A stretch of 64,000 bases of DNA, taken from NCBI GenBank assembly GCA_051362555.1, contig CM120645.1, forward strand, positions 19,096,001 through 19,160,000, written 5' to 3'. The translations under genes and the position numbers were made by a program. The first letter of the stretch is position 1. Each line of letters begins with the position of its first letter. This stretch comes from Lingula anatina. Lineage: Eukaryota; Animalia; Brachiopoda. The notes below the pieces were generated by a model. The model was given only the letters and a program-made list of their open reading frames with translations, was not told where the DNA came from and made no database searches. Positions 52,205 to 64,000 of the stretch are shown here, in pieces.

Positions 52205-55200
52205 TTATATATATTTATATCCTTTTAGTATAATTATCTATTGCTTAAAACCCCCTGGCTGTTTCAGTGTTTGTCTGGTTCAAAAGATTGGAGATATTTT
52301 CTGCAATAATTGAAATTGCTATGACAGCACACAGTGCAAAACAACAGCAATGCTTATGTCTCAATTTATCAAAAATATGGATTTTTTTTTCAATAACTGT
52401 TTTGGGCTTTTATTGGCTATTGTACTGTCTGACAATTTGTTGCATTATATTTATATACAGTAAATTAATAGGATGTCAGAAATAAACAGTACATTTGTAG
52501 ATTTTGAAGTATAAATAACACCATAAAGTGCATTGATAATAAAAAAGAAAAAAAAATGACACAAAAAAAGTTTTTCCAGGGTCACCAAGTGTAGAAACAA
52601 TAAAGACCACACAACACAATAGTGATTCAGTCAAAGGAACAGCTTTCACAGACAAAGAATGAAAACTGTCTTGCAATTTTTTGTAGCAAATGATATATCT
52701 AAACTTTTTCATCTTTGTGACAGCTTTTTCCCAGGGTCAGTAAGTAGACACCTCACATAGACCACAAAATCTGTGGCCAAAAATAAACCATCCTTGAAAA
52801 CAAAGACCATGCAAACCATCCTTGAATTAATGAAGTACCAAGTTCCCTACACAAAACCACAAAACTACAAAGAACTTCAAGAATTTGTGGTCACAGAAAC
52901 TGCTTCTATTGCTTTGTCTGGGCCTGGGTACCTCTATTCCCCAGCACATTTAGTTTTACTACTGGACTAGCCTTCATTCATAAAGTTTTCTCAATGAAGC
53001 CTATCCTCCACTGGGTGCCAATTTTAGGTGTAGAGGTCATGTGAGTCCATGTCAACCTAATAAATTTATTATTAGGAGTCAATGAAATTCACCAAAACTT
53101 GACAAATTAACTGTATATTATTGGAAATTCTGGGAACATTTGCCTTTATGGCTTTCCTATGAAACGTCAGTACAGGTATGTCGCACACTATAAGTGCAAT
53201 CTACTTAAGAAAAGGAATATATTGATTAGAAAATGAATTTTATTCAGAATGATCATTATACTAGACTTCTCATGCATTATTTAAGGTTTAAAATATAAAC
53301 AAGTATTTGTCTCTGACCAAATTTATAATGATATTTAAAATTTTTAACAAACAGTTATTTTTTGTTGAGAATTTGGCTTAAAAAAAAACATGACTGGTGT
53401 TAATCTCATAGCCTATAAAATGAGATGTACATCTGTTATTAAGCTATAACACAAAGCTGACTGGTCTTCAATTTGTTTTCAGTAAAAGTGTATATTCCTG
53501 ATGTCCACACAATCACAGCAATGGAAGATGGTCAAATCAGGGCTCTTCCGTGATCTGCAGATAAGAAGAATGGAATGCATCAGTATCACTGTCAACCATA
53601 AAGTCAGTAAAAGGCTATAAAACAAAATTAGTATCCAGTGTAAGCCAAATGTGCAGAGGATTGTCATGTACCAATGAGGTGCCCATGAACTTGTTCATAC
53701 AGAACTTTACCTTAGATAAGAAATATGTCAACAAACAAGAAACACGCACCTTTACTCCCTAGGCGGAAATTAACAGCCATGATCAATTCTCATTGGTCGA
53801 TTTTTCTACACTAAGGGCATGCTAATGACTATCGTAAACATGATATATCGCAATTCAAATAACGTAATGAATGAATGCTTCACCTTGTTCTTAGAAAGGG
53901 ACCAACAGTTGGCTTGTACTATCGTGCGTACGTGGACGCACCCAGATCGATGGAATGCATGGTCTTATGGGATTAATAGTAAAACATAAGTGCATCATAA
54001 CATGCAATGAAATTACTATACCAACAGCACATAAAAGAACAAAAAAAAAAAAAAAAAAAAAACATGGAAAGAAAATAAATGAAATGTCAGCAGTGATAAA
54101 TGTATGTTTTCACAAAAACCTGAACTTACTACATTGTATTACCTGAACCTAGTATATGGGAGTGTTTTTGTTTGTTTCTTTATTTGCCTGCCTTTGCCTC
54201 TTCTTTTGTTTCATATAAGTGTCTTTGTGTGTGTTCATCTTCTTTTCCAATTTTTTCAAATTTAATTGTTTCTTGTCAGTCTGTCTGTCACTTTAATTGT
54301 TACCTTATTTTTTACATGGCACTTGTTAATATCATTAGTGTAACTTTATATTTTCAACAGGAGTCTTTACAAGCTTCTTAATTATAACTTGAAATAAAGA
54401 AAAGAAAAAAGGAAAGGAAAATGATATTACACACTTACATGTAATTATAGGAAAGCAATGAAAACATAGATTCTACCTGGGGGTTATTATCTTAGCCATT
54501 AATACATAGTTCTACTATGATAGCCACTTCATCTCATTTTTTAAGCTTCAGTACCTATGAGACAGTTGAAACTATTGAAACCACCCACCGGCTTGCACAA
54601 AAACAATGCCCTGTAGGTTGAGATAATTCAATATAACTGTTGAATCAACCCCAATTGATAAAGTTAACATAATGAAAAAAACTGTTATACTAACAGGCAT
54701 GAGGTTTGAAATAAACACTGCTGACGTAGGACACATTATAATATAATCATGTCCAAATTAAAGTATTTATTTATATCTAATTATTCAAAATCTTTTTAAA
54801 AAAAATGGATTTAAGCAACTGTGTGTGCTATACCAAATCTGACACCCCATTGTATTTGTGAAACCAAACACCTGACAAGTTTTGCACAAAAACAAAGGGT
54901 ATATTGAAATATCCATTTTCACAAATTCTAAGTGCCTTTAAACAAAAACCTTCTCAATGATTTTCCTATTTACAAGTAAAATGATCATTCTGATTTGCTC
55001 TAACAAGGGCAGAAACCCCCAGGAGTTTTATATCAAGGGCACAATATATCATCTTTCTGAAATATTAATTTCATTTAGAACGAAAAAAAAAAGCCAGAAA
55101 AAGTTGTCTTAATGTGTCACTGACCGCATCAGGCAATAAAACAAGTATAAATCTTTAACACCAGTTTTATCATCAAAAGGATGATGGTAATTCCCACAAG

Positions 55201-56365
55201 AATGAAAGGCACAATAAAAAACTACTTGAATGAAATAATCACTAAATAACAATGGGAAGGAACTGAGCTCGCCCAAGTATATTTGAGATTGATAATGATA
55301 ATTCTAACAGGTATCTCTTTATGAGAAAATAAACAAACTGAGAGTTCATGTAATATACTACTGGGTGCAGAGGATGATATAAACTAAAGAGTTGGATGGA
55401 GTGACTACGGGACAAGCTTCACAAAAAGAATGAATTAGAAGCTGGTGTTCACATAAAGATGGGGAGTTTTGGCTTTTTACAGCAATTAATCAGAGACAAA
55501 CCTGTAGTACATAGACCTGTAGTTCAAGCAAACTCAGTGACCATCAATGGAAAACAATATAGCCATAACTAAACATTTGTGGAACAGAATTAATATTCTA
55601 ATTCTACTGAACAGAAACTGATGTTAGTTTTGATATGGAAAGTAGAGTTTCAAATTGATGAAACTTGGACTGGGCTACACCACCGCAATCTCCTTTTTAC
55701 CAAACTAGATTGGACCCTCATACAATTCCCTCTAACTATAGTAATTTTCATGGCAGCATGGTAAGATATCCCCTGTACCTGTGCCTCCCTCTCATCTAAC
55801 ATCATGCAGTGAACATTTCATGTACTAAATCAGTCAAAGATTTTCAATGGAAATCTCTCCCCCCCCTTTCCCAAGCCCCTCCTGCACACGCCTTTCTGCT
55901 CCCGCTGCGAGTCTTATTGAAGTCCACAATTACCCATGGAAAGTGGCAACTTAACATGGTCTAATTTCCTCTACTTCTGCTCCATGTGAGCTCACTTCAT
56001 TTAATGCAATTTGATGATGATTCAGAAGACTTCACACCCAGAGCAATCACCGCTAAGCCCGACAGTCCTGTCAGGTATTTGCACAACCTCGCAACTCCCT
56101 TGCACACAATACCAACTACTGTAAACTGCATTTTAAAAGCAGCAATGTAAGGTAATGTCATGACTTATAGCTAAAACAAGGCATGGCCAACATGGCTGCA
56201 AGTGAGCTAAATGTAGACCATAAAATGGTTATATCAATGTTATTATTAAATAATAAATATTATTATACATATATTCCTAACTAAAGAATGTACCTACACT
56301 AATTATTACAGTTGAAGTAACCCATTTCTGTACAGACTTTTAAAGTATAGACATGTGTCAAACTT

Positions 56366-56491
56366 TAGGCCCATAGACAGCAATTTCAAATCTTCATGTA
56401 CCTAGACCAAATTTTTCCCAGAGCGGACCTTTTCCCAGCAAAAAGGGTTGTTCAATCGAACCTCCCTGAACCCCCCCTGGCTACGGGCCTG
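56366..56491 (+). mobile_element. CAGG-ended MITE family C, internally deleted
   Basis: Right TIR CTGGCTACGGGCCTG intact; flanks AACTT/AACTA. Confidence 0.7.
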
Positions 56492-59211
56492 AACTAGAAA
56501 TAAACTAAAATGCATCAAAAGATCTCACAGAATGTGACATCATGACTTGAGTGTTTAGAACTTGTGTCAGATGATCAGCTTATATAAATTGTTATATATA
56601 TTGTTTAAAAATACAAAATAATCATGTTTTATTATGGTTTAGTCAATGATGCAAAGGGCAAAACCATGGGAAAAAATCCAGGTCATGTGCACTCTTAAAT
56701 CTCAATATATATGACAATAGTCCATCTGGTAATGTCAGTTTGATTTTTTCTGATTTAAGCTGGACCAGGTTTGAACATGGAGTTCATGATACATAATTTG
56801 AAAAAAAGGGGACTCCGATTAAATTACATCCTGTATGTACCTGAACTGCATCACTATCATATTAGTAAGCTTCCCCACTGTGGTCAAGTTAAATTTGAAA
56901 TTTGCTAAATGGAGATAATCTAAAAGCTTTATGAGTTAATTTTCCAACAACTCTGCACAAATTGCCCCACCCCCACCTCCATGCACCCTATTTATCAGTG
57001 CATTTCCAATTTTTTTTGGTCACATCACCAAGACAAGTTTTTCACTCAATGATATAAATGGGGAAATAGCACTGCCAAGTCTAAGTACAGTGAGAACAAA
57101 TTACATCACGAAGACAGACAATTGCAACCACATCCAAGTAACACTCACACACGTCATGGACGTGTTAATGCTGATCTATGAGTAGTTCACCGAATTTACT
57201 GATCTAATAATGGGGACACACCCAACGGGTCAATGGCTGAGAAGAAACCAGCGAAGATATTTTTACATACAATTTAGGGGGGCATTTAAACATGCGCACA
57301 TTCAATTCAACTGTTATAATTCTCAGGACACACCCACAAGTTCAATGACTTGGAAGATAGTAGAAAACATGTTTTTTAACAAATTGTATAAACACGTGCA
57401 CACGTGATTCACTGACTCAATTTGACTGATTTAATTCTGAGGACATCTATTAAATCACCTCTAACTGAGGAATCAGTTGCAAAGATTTAGTCGAATAAAA
57501 ACTTTAAATTTAACTTTGTCTTACAAAAGACTTAAACCCTGTATCACTTGCAACTGGCATTCACTTCCACTAGCTACAGATATCCTACCATTGTACAAAT
57601 TCCAAACGATAGAGCATGTGCAGTGGAAAATAAAACTTTCTATAATAAGATATGAAAAAATCACCTGCTCTTTTTGTTTTAGTACTTCTTTAAAAAACTT
57701 TTCAGACTAGGAAAATGTATACCCCATATCATAACATTCGTATTTGTCAGTGTAGACTACTTCAATTTTTTAATCCGAAATCTGATAACTTCTACAAACA
57801 AAAGCTTCTCCTGTTTCACCACATTGAGGTATTCATTACAAGCATCTGGCACACTCTTCTAACATTATGTACAGAGCTCTCCTAACTGAGCATATCAATC
57901 ATGGAAATCTGGAGTGTCTTCACAGCCAAATGCATCTACTATTATCAGTACCAGGGTAAGCGCAGTGGCAAATTCAAAGGCAACCAGAACCGGACCATGT
58001 CTAAAATGAGCTGCAAGATGACAATAAATAAAATAAAATAAATAAAAATAAAATAAAATAAAATAAATATCCTAAATTTTTACAAACTGAAAAAAAAGGC
58101 AGTGTGTAAGAATGAGTGATGTGGGAAAAGTGTAGGTGAGGGCAATTCAATCATCAAAAATACATTCTACAAGCCCTACATCTTTTTAATGATTAAACAA
58201 GTTAATTTTTAGCAATGACTAAAACCAGGTCTTCAATATTCATGTCTGTATACGCAGTACAGAAGTTAACTCTGCAATACATGTGAATCTGAATCACTGC
58301 CAAGCATCCCACACACCTTTAAAAAAAAAGTATTTTTTGACATCATTTTGTGGTGTATGCATTATATTTCTTGCCAACTGTGTCAGGTACGAGACGGAAA
58401 TTTATGAAATCTAACCATTTATCTATAAATAAATGTCTGTTTTGAGGGCAAACAAGGAGTCTTCATATCTATGCATGTGTAACACTGTCTTGTTATAAAA
58501 TTTGTCTTCTTAAACTGAATGCCTTTAGATCATGATTGATACAAAATTCACATTTTTACTCAGTATATCTAGCCTTTTTGTATGTCTGTGCATTTGTGTG
58601 TGCGTGCATGTGTGTGCATGTTTATGCATGTGTGACCGACTATACATGCATGTATATATGCCCACAAGTTTGAGAATATTTGTATATAAGTATGTTTGTG
58701 CTTATAAGTGTTCATGAGTAAATTTATTTATGTACTAATTTAATGTGTGTGGGTGTGCGTGTGCGTGTGCGTGTGCATTTGTGTGTGTTTGTTTGAAGAA
58801 GCATGTAACTTTTTTTCAGGATTTGAAAGTAAAATATGTTGTCAACTAAACTTTTCCCTCAAGGTTGCTGGTATTAGTACATGCTCATCAAGGATGTGAA
58901 AATACACTTATTGAAAGAAGCGAAATTTTCAACCCTTCTCTCCCTGAAATCCATCATTTTTTAAAATAATTTATTCAAACTACTGTTGAAATCATGTTTT
59001 GTAGTAAATATCTCTTAGGTTACTGACAGGGTTTATTATCAAAATAACGAAAATGAGGATTTTCATGCATATTACATTTTGCTTCTAAAACATTTTGATT
59101 ATAAAAATCTCCTCCAAAATATGAAATTTTGTTGTTCAAATTTATGGTTGCTGAACATAAGGATAAGCAACTCAGCGTGTTTATCAATTTTTAAAACAGC
59201 TTCTATCTTAA

Positions 59212-59560
59212 GGTGAGATAGCAATCGGAATGGGGCGTAACTTCATCTCTGAACATGACTTTATCATGAAAATTGGCATAGGTGATGACAAATGTATGGG
59301 CTTCAATTCTGTGCTGTCATTTTGGTTTTAATATTATTGTCAAGGAGTTATGAGCCCATAATTACAATGATTCATTGAACAAAGGCACTATTTTGTCTTT
59401 TTAACAATAAAGGGCTTTTACGAAAAATTGCTGGCAGGGTTTTAAAGTACTCAATGGTGTCATTAAATTGGTGTTACAATGGTGTTGTTGGGTGCTCAGG
59501 TAAAGGAGAAATTTGAAAAAAAAAAAAAACATTTTGCAATTTTCATTCCAAAATCACTAT
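59212..59560 (+). mobile_element. Dispersed repeat fragment, possibly a Kolobok-like transposon end
   Basis: TTAA|GGTGAGATAGCAAT start; homologous to 12478-12828. Confidence 0.55.
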
Positions 59561-60237
59561 AATGACGTCATTGGTAAAATGACATTTGCGTAAATGCAAT
59601 CAAATTCAGTCAGTGAACACTAAAGATTAATCTTTTATGCAAAACATGTACGTAAAGACAGTTAGGAGTTTTTGTCTAACCTTGACAGTACCCTCAATTC
59701 TCCAGTTAATAACTCCAAACCAAAGTTAAAACTTCTCCTTGGAAACCAAATGCCACACCTTGAATACATAATGGCATGTCTTGCAGAAACATGAAGACAC
59801 GTAAGACAATAGCTTTCAGTGCAGACAGGAAGAGGCACTTGTGGAATATTGCATGGCAAACAGATCTGGTACTAGAAATGCTTTTGATACATCTGTTAGT
59901 GCAATGTGACAATGTATGAGATGCCAAGCACATCTTTTCAGGAGAACACAAAGCTATATTTAACATGCCCACAACAAAAACGAGGACAATCTGGATGAAC
60001 ATACATGCATTCATTTTACACTTTGCAAACCACAATAACCACTGAACATTTATAAGATGATCATAAAACACTTTGCATCTGTGAAAAAAAGAGTAACGGT
60101 GACATTTTCTTTCCAAGTAATTATAACCATGGTACTTGTGACATTTTAAGATACGGTAAAGACTCAATCTTTTGAATGCGCAAAAATTATCAAAACTTTC
60201 AGATACATCATTTTAAAATTCATAAAAATTATATTTT

Positions 60238-60411
60238 TATAGCATTGGTGGTGCTTTAAATGTGCAGAATAGATCTATTAGGTAGTCTGCTTTTCAATTT
60301 TGTTGTAACCACTCTATAGGAATGCTGTTATTTTCTGAAATTATGACTTAAAAATACAGTATCTGTAAAATTCACAATTTTTCCCCATTGAAAAAATTGA
60401 GCCACTACTGT
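60238..60411 (+). repeat. Dispersed repeat, probable DNA-transposon terminus
   Basis: Homologous to 2600-2774; ends CTG|TA, like a Tc1/mariner terminus. Confidence 0.65.
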
Positions 60412-60504
60412 AACTAGCATTAATCGTATTACTGTGTGTACAGGCCACCTGAACAGTTATGACACTTCACCAGACAACCTAGAGGACTATTAAATAACAA
60501 CTTC

Positions 60505-60848
60505 ATCAGAAAACCTTGACCACCATCCAACATCAGCAAACCTTGCCCCACCACCCAATATCAACAGAAAACCTGCACACCACCTAATACCAACAGAAAA
60601 CCTTGCACACCATCCAATACCAACAGAAAACCTTGCCCCACCATCCAATACCAACAGAAAACCTTGACCACCATCCAACATCAGCAAACCTTGCCCCACC
60701 ACCCAATACCAACAGAAAACCTTGCACACCACCCAATACCAACAGAAAACCTTGCCCCACCATCCAATACCACCAGAAAACCTTGCCAAACCATCCGATA
60801 TCACCAGAAAACCTTGCCACACCATCCAATATCACCAGAAAACCTTGA
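60505..60848. repeat. About 27-32-bp minisatellite (CCATCCAATACCAACAGAAAACCTTGCCCCA-like), about 11 units
   Basis: Directly visible tandem array; explains the ORF cluster at 60490-60961. Confidence 0.9.
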
Positions 60849-61834
60849 TAGACCAACTATCTTCATCAATTAAACAAAAGTTTTTGAGATATCTTGTCCA
60901 CAAACCAACCAACACTTGGAAAACACAGCCTCCTCCATTGTGGGAGGTCATGCCATCCTGAGTCAGCAGTAGGTGTTCACTGGAACTAGCCCAAAATCTA
61001 TGATGCACTTTGCATTCAACAAAAGTGAGTAAAACCAAAGATAAATGCCTGGCTGTGAATCACAGCAGCTGATTCAGAGAACATTGCCAGAATATTTTAT
61101 TTGTTCTCAGCAGAGGCTGGGAGGAATGTCTAGATGGATCATCATTCTCTTTACAAAACTTATACCAAACTAACATTCTGGTTTCTGCAATTTTTGTCTT
61201 GATCACTTTTTTAAATGTGATACACAAGCCAAATATCAAAATCAAGTGCTTCAAATGTTATTTCATTTTGAACAAAAGAAAACAAAACATTGCTCAAAAA
61301 ACAACTTTAAATTGCCACTGTTCTTGGGTATAGTAAGCTAACACTTGTTCTAAAGTCTAGTTTGCTACATTTTGAAACAGATTTGTTACAATCAAGGGGA
61401 AAACACTCAACAACATCTAAACATCTCTGCTTATCATCTTCAGTACATTTACCCCGTTTGTTGTAACAAAGTGAAGCTGAACCGTGTGTTCAGTCCTGGC
61501 AAGCATTTGTGGTCTTACATCTAAGTGCTGCACTGTCTTAGGACTATTATAAAACAGACTACCCAGTGATCAGGACAAACTCTCTAACCCTAGTGCCATA
61601 CTCTCTCTCTCTCTCTCTCTTTCTCTCTCCCACCCTTCCCTTACTCCATCCCTACTCCATCTATTCTTTATTCCTTCTCTCTCTCTCTCTCCTTCACCCT
61701 CCCCACCCCCTTCTTCACCTACCATAAACAATATTGCTACCCCCTCCTATCATCTCCCCACTTATGCCATAACAGCTTTCTTAATCAATAAAAATAAACA
61801 TAAGCAGGGAAACAGGTGAGAAGAAACAACTTAC

Positions 61835-61933
61835 CTGTGTAGCATCTTATGTTCCAGAGTTTCTGTAATTTGTTCCTCAAAGTATGTACGTCTTACACCA
61901 ACCTGTCTGTCCCCCACGAAACAACTGAACAAA
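61835..61933 (-). CDS. Internal coding exon (99 nt, phase 2-2) of an unidentified large minus-strand gene; xLFSCFVGDRQVGVRRTYFEEQITETLEHKMLH(R/S)
   Basis: Acceptor aaaaaattgtctctttggttacag| and consensus donor CAG|GTAAGT. Length is a multiple of 3, only one frame is open, and GC is higher than the flanks. Confidence 0.75.
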
Positions 61934-63347
61934 CTGTAACCAAAGAGACAATTTTTTACTGTCTTTATGTTAGCATCGTACAGGCTATATAAGCTTATAG
62001 ACAATATATTTAAACAAAAAATTAACTATTTTCTGTTGTTTTTAGGCACTGACCACTCAAATGTACTTGTAGAAACATATCAACATCTTATAACTCAAAA
62101 CAGATCCTACTTAAACTCAATTTCTTTTAGCTAACTTTCAAAATACTAAAAATATTCTTTCTTGACAATTGCTACTATTATCTATTTAATTCATTTATTT
62201 ATTTTTTGTATTGGGAATTTCCATGCGTAAGGTGGACAAATGAATGAACAAATAAATAGGTAGAAAGAATGAAATACATGAAAGAACGAAGAGTTGAAAA
62301 ACACATGAATACCACTTTAATTGCATAACCTTTTTTTTTTTTTAGCAAAAACACATCCTGAGAAATACTTAGGCAAAACATGTTATTGCCATTGCAATTA
62401 AATTCAAGCATGGCAGTTTAAAATACCAGGAAAGAACTTGGGGCTATTCCACCTGTTACTTCAAAATATCCTAATTTTTTGACGTCAGTCACTGGTGCCC
62501 TAAGGTTAACAATTAAGTTTAATTCAAGGCCGCTATCTAATCAGGCCTAACCTTTCAACATAAGTTGTTAAACTGATGCAACAATTGAATTAGTCTCAGC
62601 TGGTATTATTAAAAAAATCCACTTATCACTTGTGATACTGTTTATTTGCTTGATTCCAGCACGCAATTTTAAATTGAACTGAATGGATTAAATCAAATTT
62701 ACACACAATCACAGTGTCACCATATATTTCTGTATCCAGGGGGGATTTGCACGTCACAGGTGGTAAATAGTTATCAAGAACTGCACTGTGAACAATGGCG
62801 ATAATTGGTTGAGATCTCTTCCTGTGCAGCCTAAAGTTTAACAGCGAAATTGGATCTGTATCCAGAATTCAATTTACAAACATTGCCAATTACGAGTATG
62901 TCAGTCTGCCCTTTGTTCAACACCTATATTATAATCCAGATCTTTAACTTTCTCTGTTCTACTCTGTTCTCTGTCTACATTATCTTCTCTCCCCACACAC
63001 ACACTCTCTCCCTGACTTTCTATGGAAAAGCGCCTTCAGAAATAATCAGCAAAAAAGAAGCAAAAAAACAATTGCTACAACACCAAAACTATAGGCAAGA
63101 GGAACAACGGAAGCACCTCAAGAAAAGACTACTGTATAACTGCTTATCATTTTCAAGCATCTCACCTATACCAAAACTTTTTTCTCCAAAATTAATCACT
63201 CACATTGACTCATAAAACATACAACATATTTCAATTTACCAGGATTTACTTTTTATTTAACATAAAATGTAGTTTGAGATAAAAAATTCAGATTCCATGG
63301 GATCAGTATTACCAAGCAACCCCAAGTTCCTTAGACCCATAGATTTA

Positions 63348-63562
63348 GGCTCTGTTCTCACAACTTTTAGATCGATCTATCACCGCGGGGAGTCTCACTA
63401 GATTACTGTCAGATAATCCCCCTTAAGTGTCCGTCCCCGCCTACTACAAGCTTTAAGGGGTAATTAACTTTCGTGTCCGCCCGGCTGACAGCTATTTAGC
63501 GTGAACCCCCAGGGAGTTAGGTCGATCCAATGTAGGTCAATCTAATCTATGAGAATGGGGTG
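63348..63562 (+). mobile_element. PIF/Harbinger-type MITE, family A variant
   Basis: TTA TSD; core homologous to family A. Confidence 0.8.
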
Positions 63563-64000
63563 TTAGGTTGTACTTGCAAACTTTTCTGATCAACATCATG
63601 CAACTTTTCAGTTTACAATAGGATGGTTGGTTTGTACATGCATTCAGTGTTTATCTCATCATAATGAAGGCATTTTGTTCAATCTTGTCATATTTATTAT
63701 TTATTTATTATTTTAGTAAACATATACTAATTATTATAACATTCTATTATCCATCATTGTCAAAGATATTCTTACACTAAAGAAAGCTGCCTTCTATCAC
63801 ACTGCATCTGCATATTGAGAACTCTGTGCATTCTCAGGAATGAGGTGTTTTTTCTTGAATAAGTTGATATATTTGTGAAAAAACACTGTTCTTCCAGACA
63901 GCCGATGTCCATCTCAGTGGTCATCATTAAAGATACTGTGATATGATGTGACATATACTTTTTGATTACATAAATTGTAAATATGAAAATAGCACTACGC

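Noticed and set aside
59662-60167. 153-aa minus-strand ORF
   Set aside because: No recognisable domain or splice structure; sits between two repeat fragments and is probably transposon interior.
60490-60961. Overlapping ORFs on both strands
   Set aside because: All derive from the ~30-bp minisatellite.
1-64000. Conserved intronic miRNA or snoRNA genes
   Set aside because: No mature sequence of a conserved bilaterian miRNA was recognised by eye and the long hairpins are explained by MITEs; an Infernal/Rfam scan is needed to exclude them.

Overview
AT-rich, CpG-poor animal nuclear DNA that looks invertebrate (taxon not assignable by eye). There is no long ORF, operon, rRNA or CRISPR array, and almost all ORF-track entries come from microsatellites, minisatellites or transposon relics. 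The window reads best as the inside of one very large minus-strand gene: long A-runs outnumber long T-runs on the + strand, a clean 99-nt internal exon sits at 61835-61933 and a clean 56-nt exon at 366-421. Between them lie several candidate alternative first exons and a candidate 8-nt microexon (742-749) that would put all of them in one frame (...SFSGYTSYSLQGRAGTQSCNQL). I cannot name the protein. A possible nested + strand spliced transcript lies at about 29.8-32.0 kb. The best-supported content is mobile DNA: two Helentron/HINE-like elements with internal 336-bp and 159-bp repeats, PIF/Harbinger-type MITEs (TWA TSDs, including a five-element pile-up at 37.2-38.3 kb), two CAG-ended MITE families with 5-bp TSDs, and a near-perfect 175-bp palindromic element with a 9-bp TSD. 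All gene models are inferences from splice signals and need RNA-seq confirmation.
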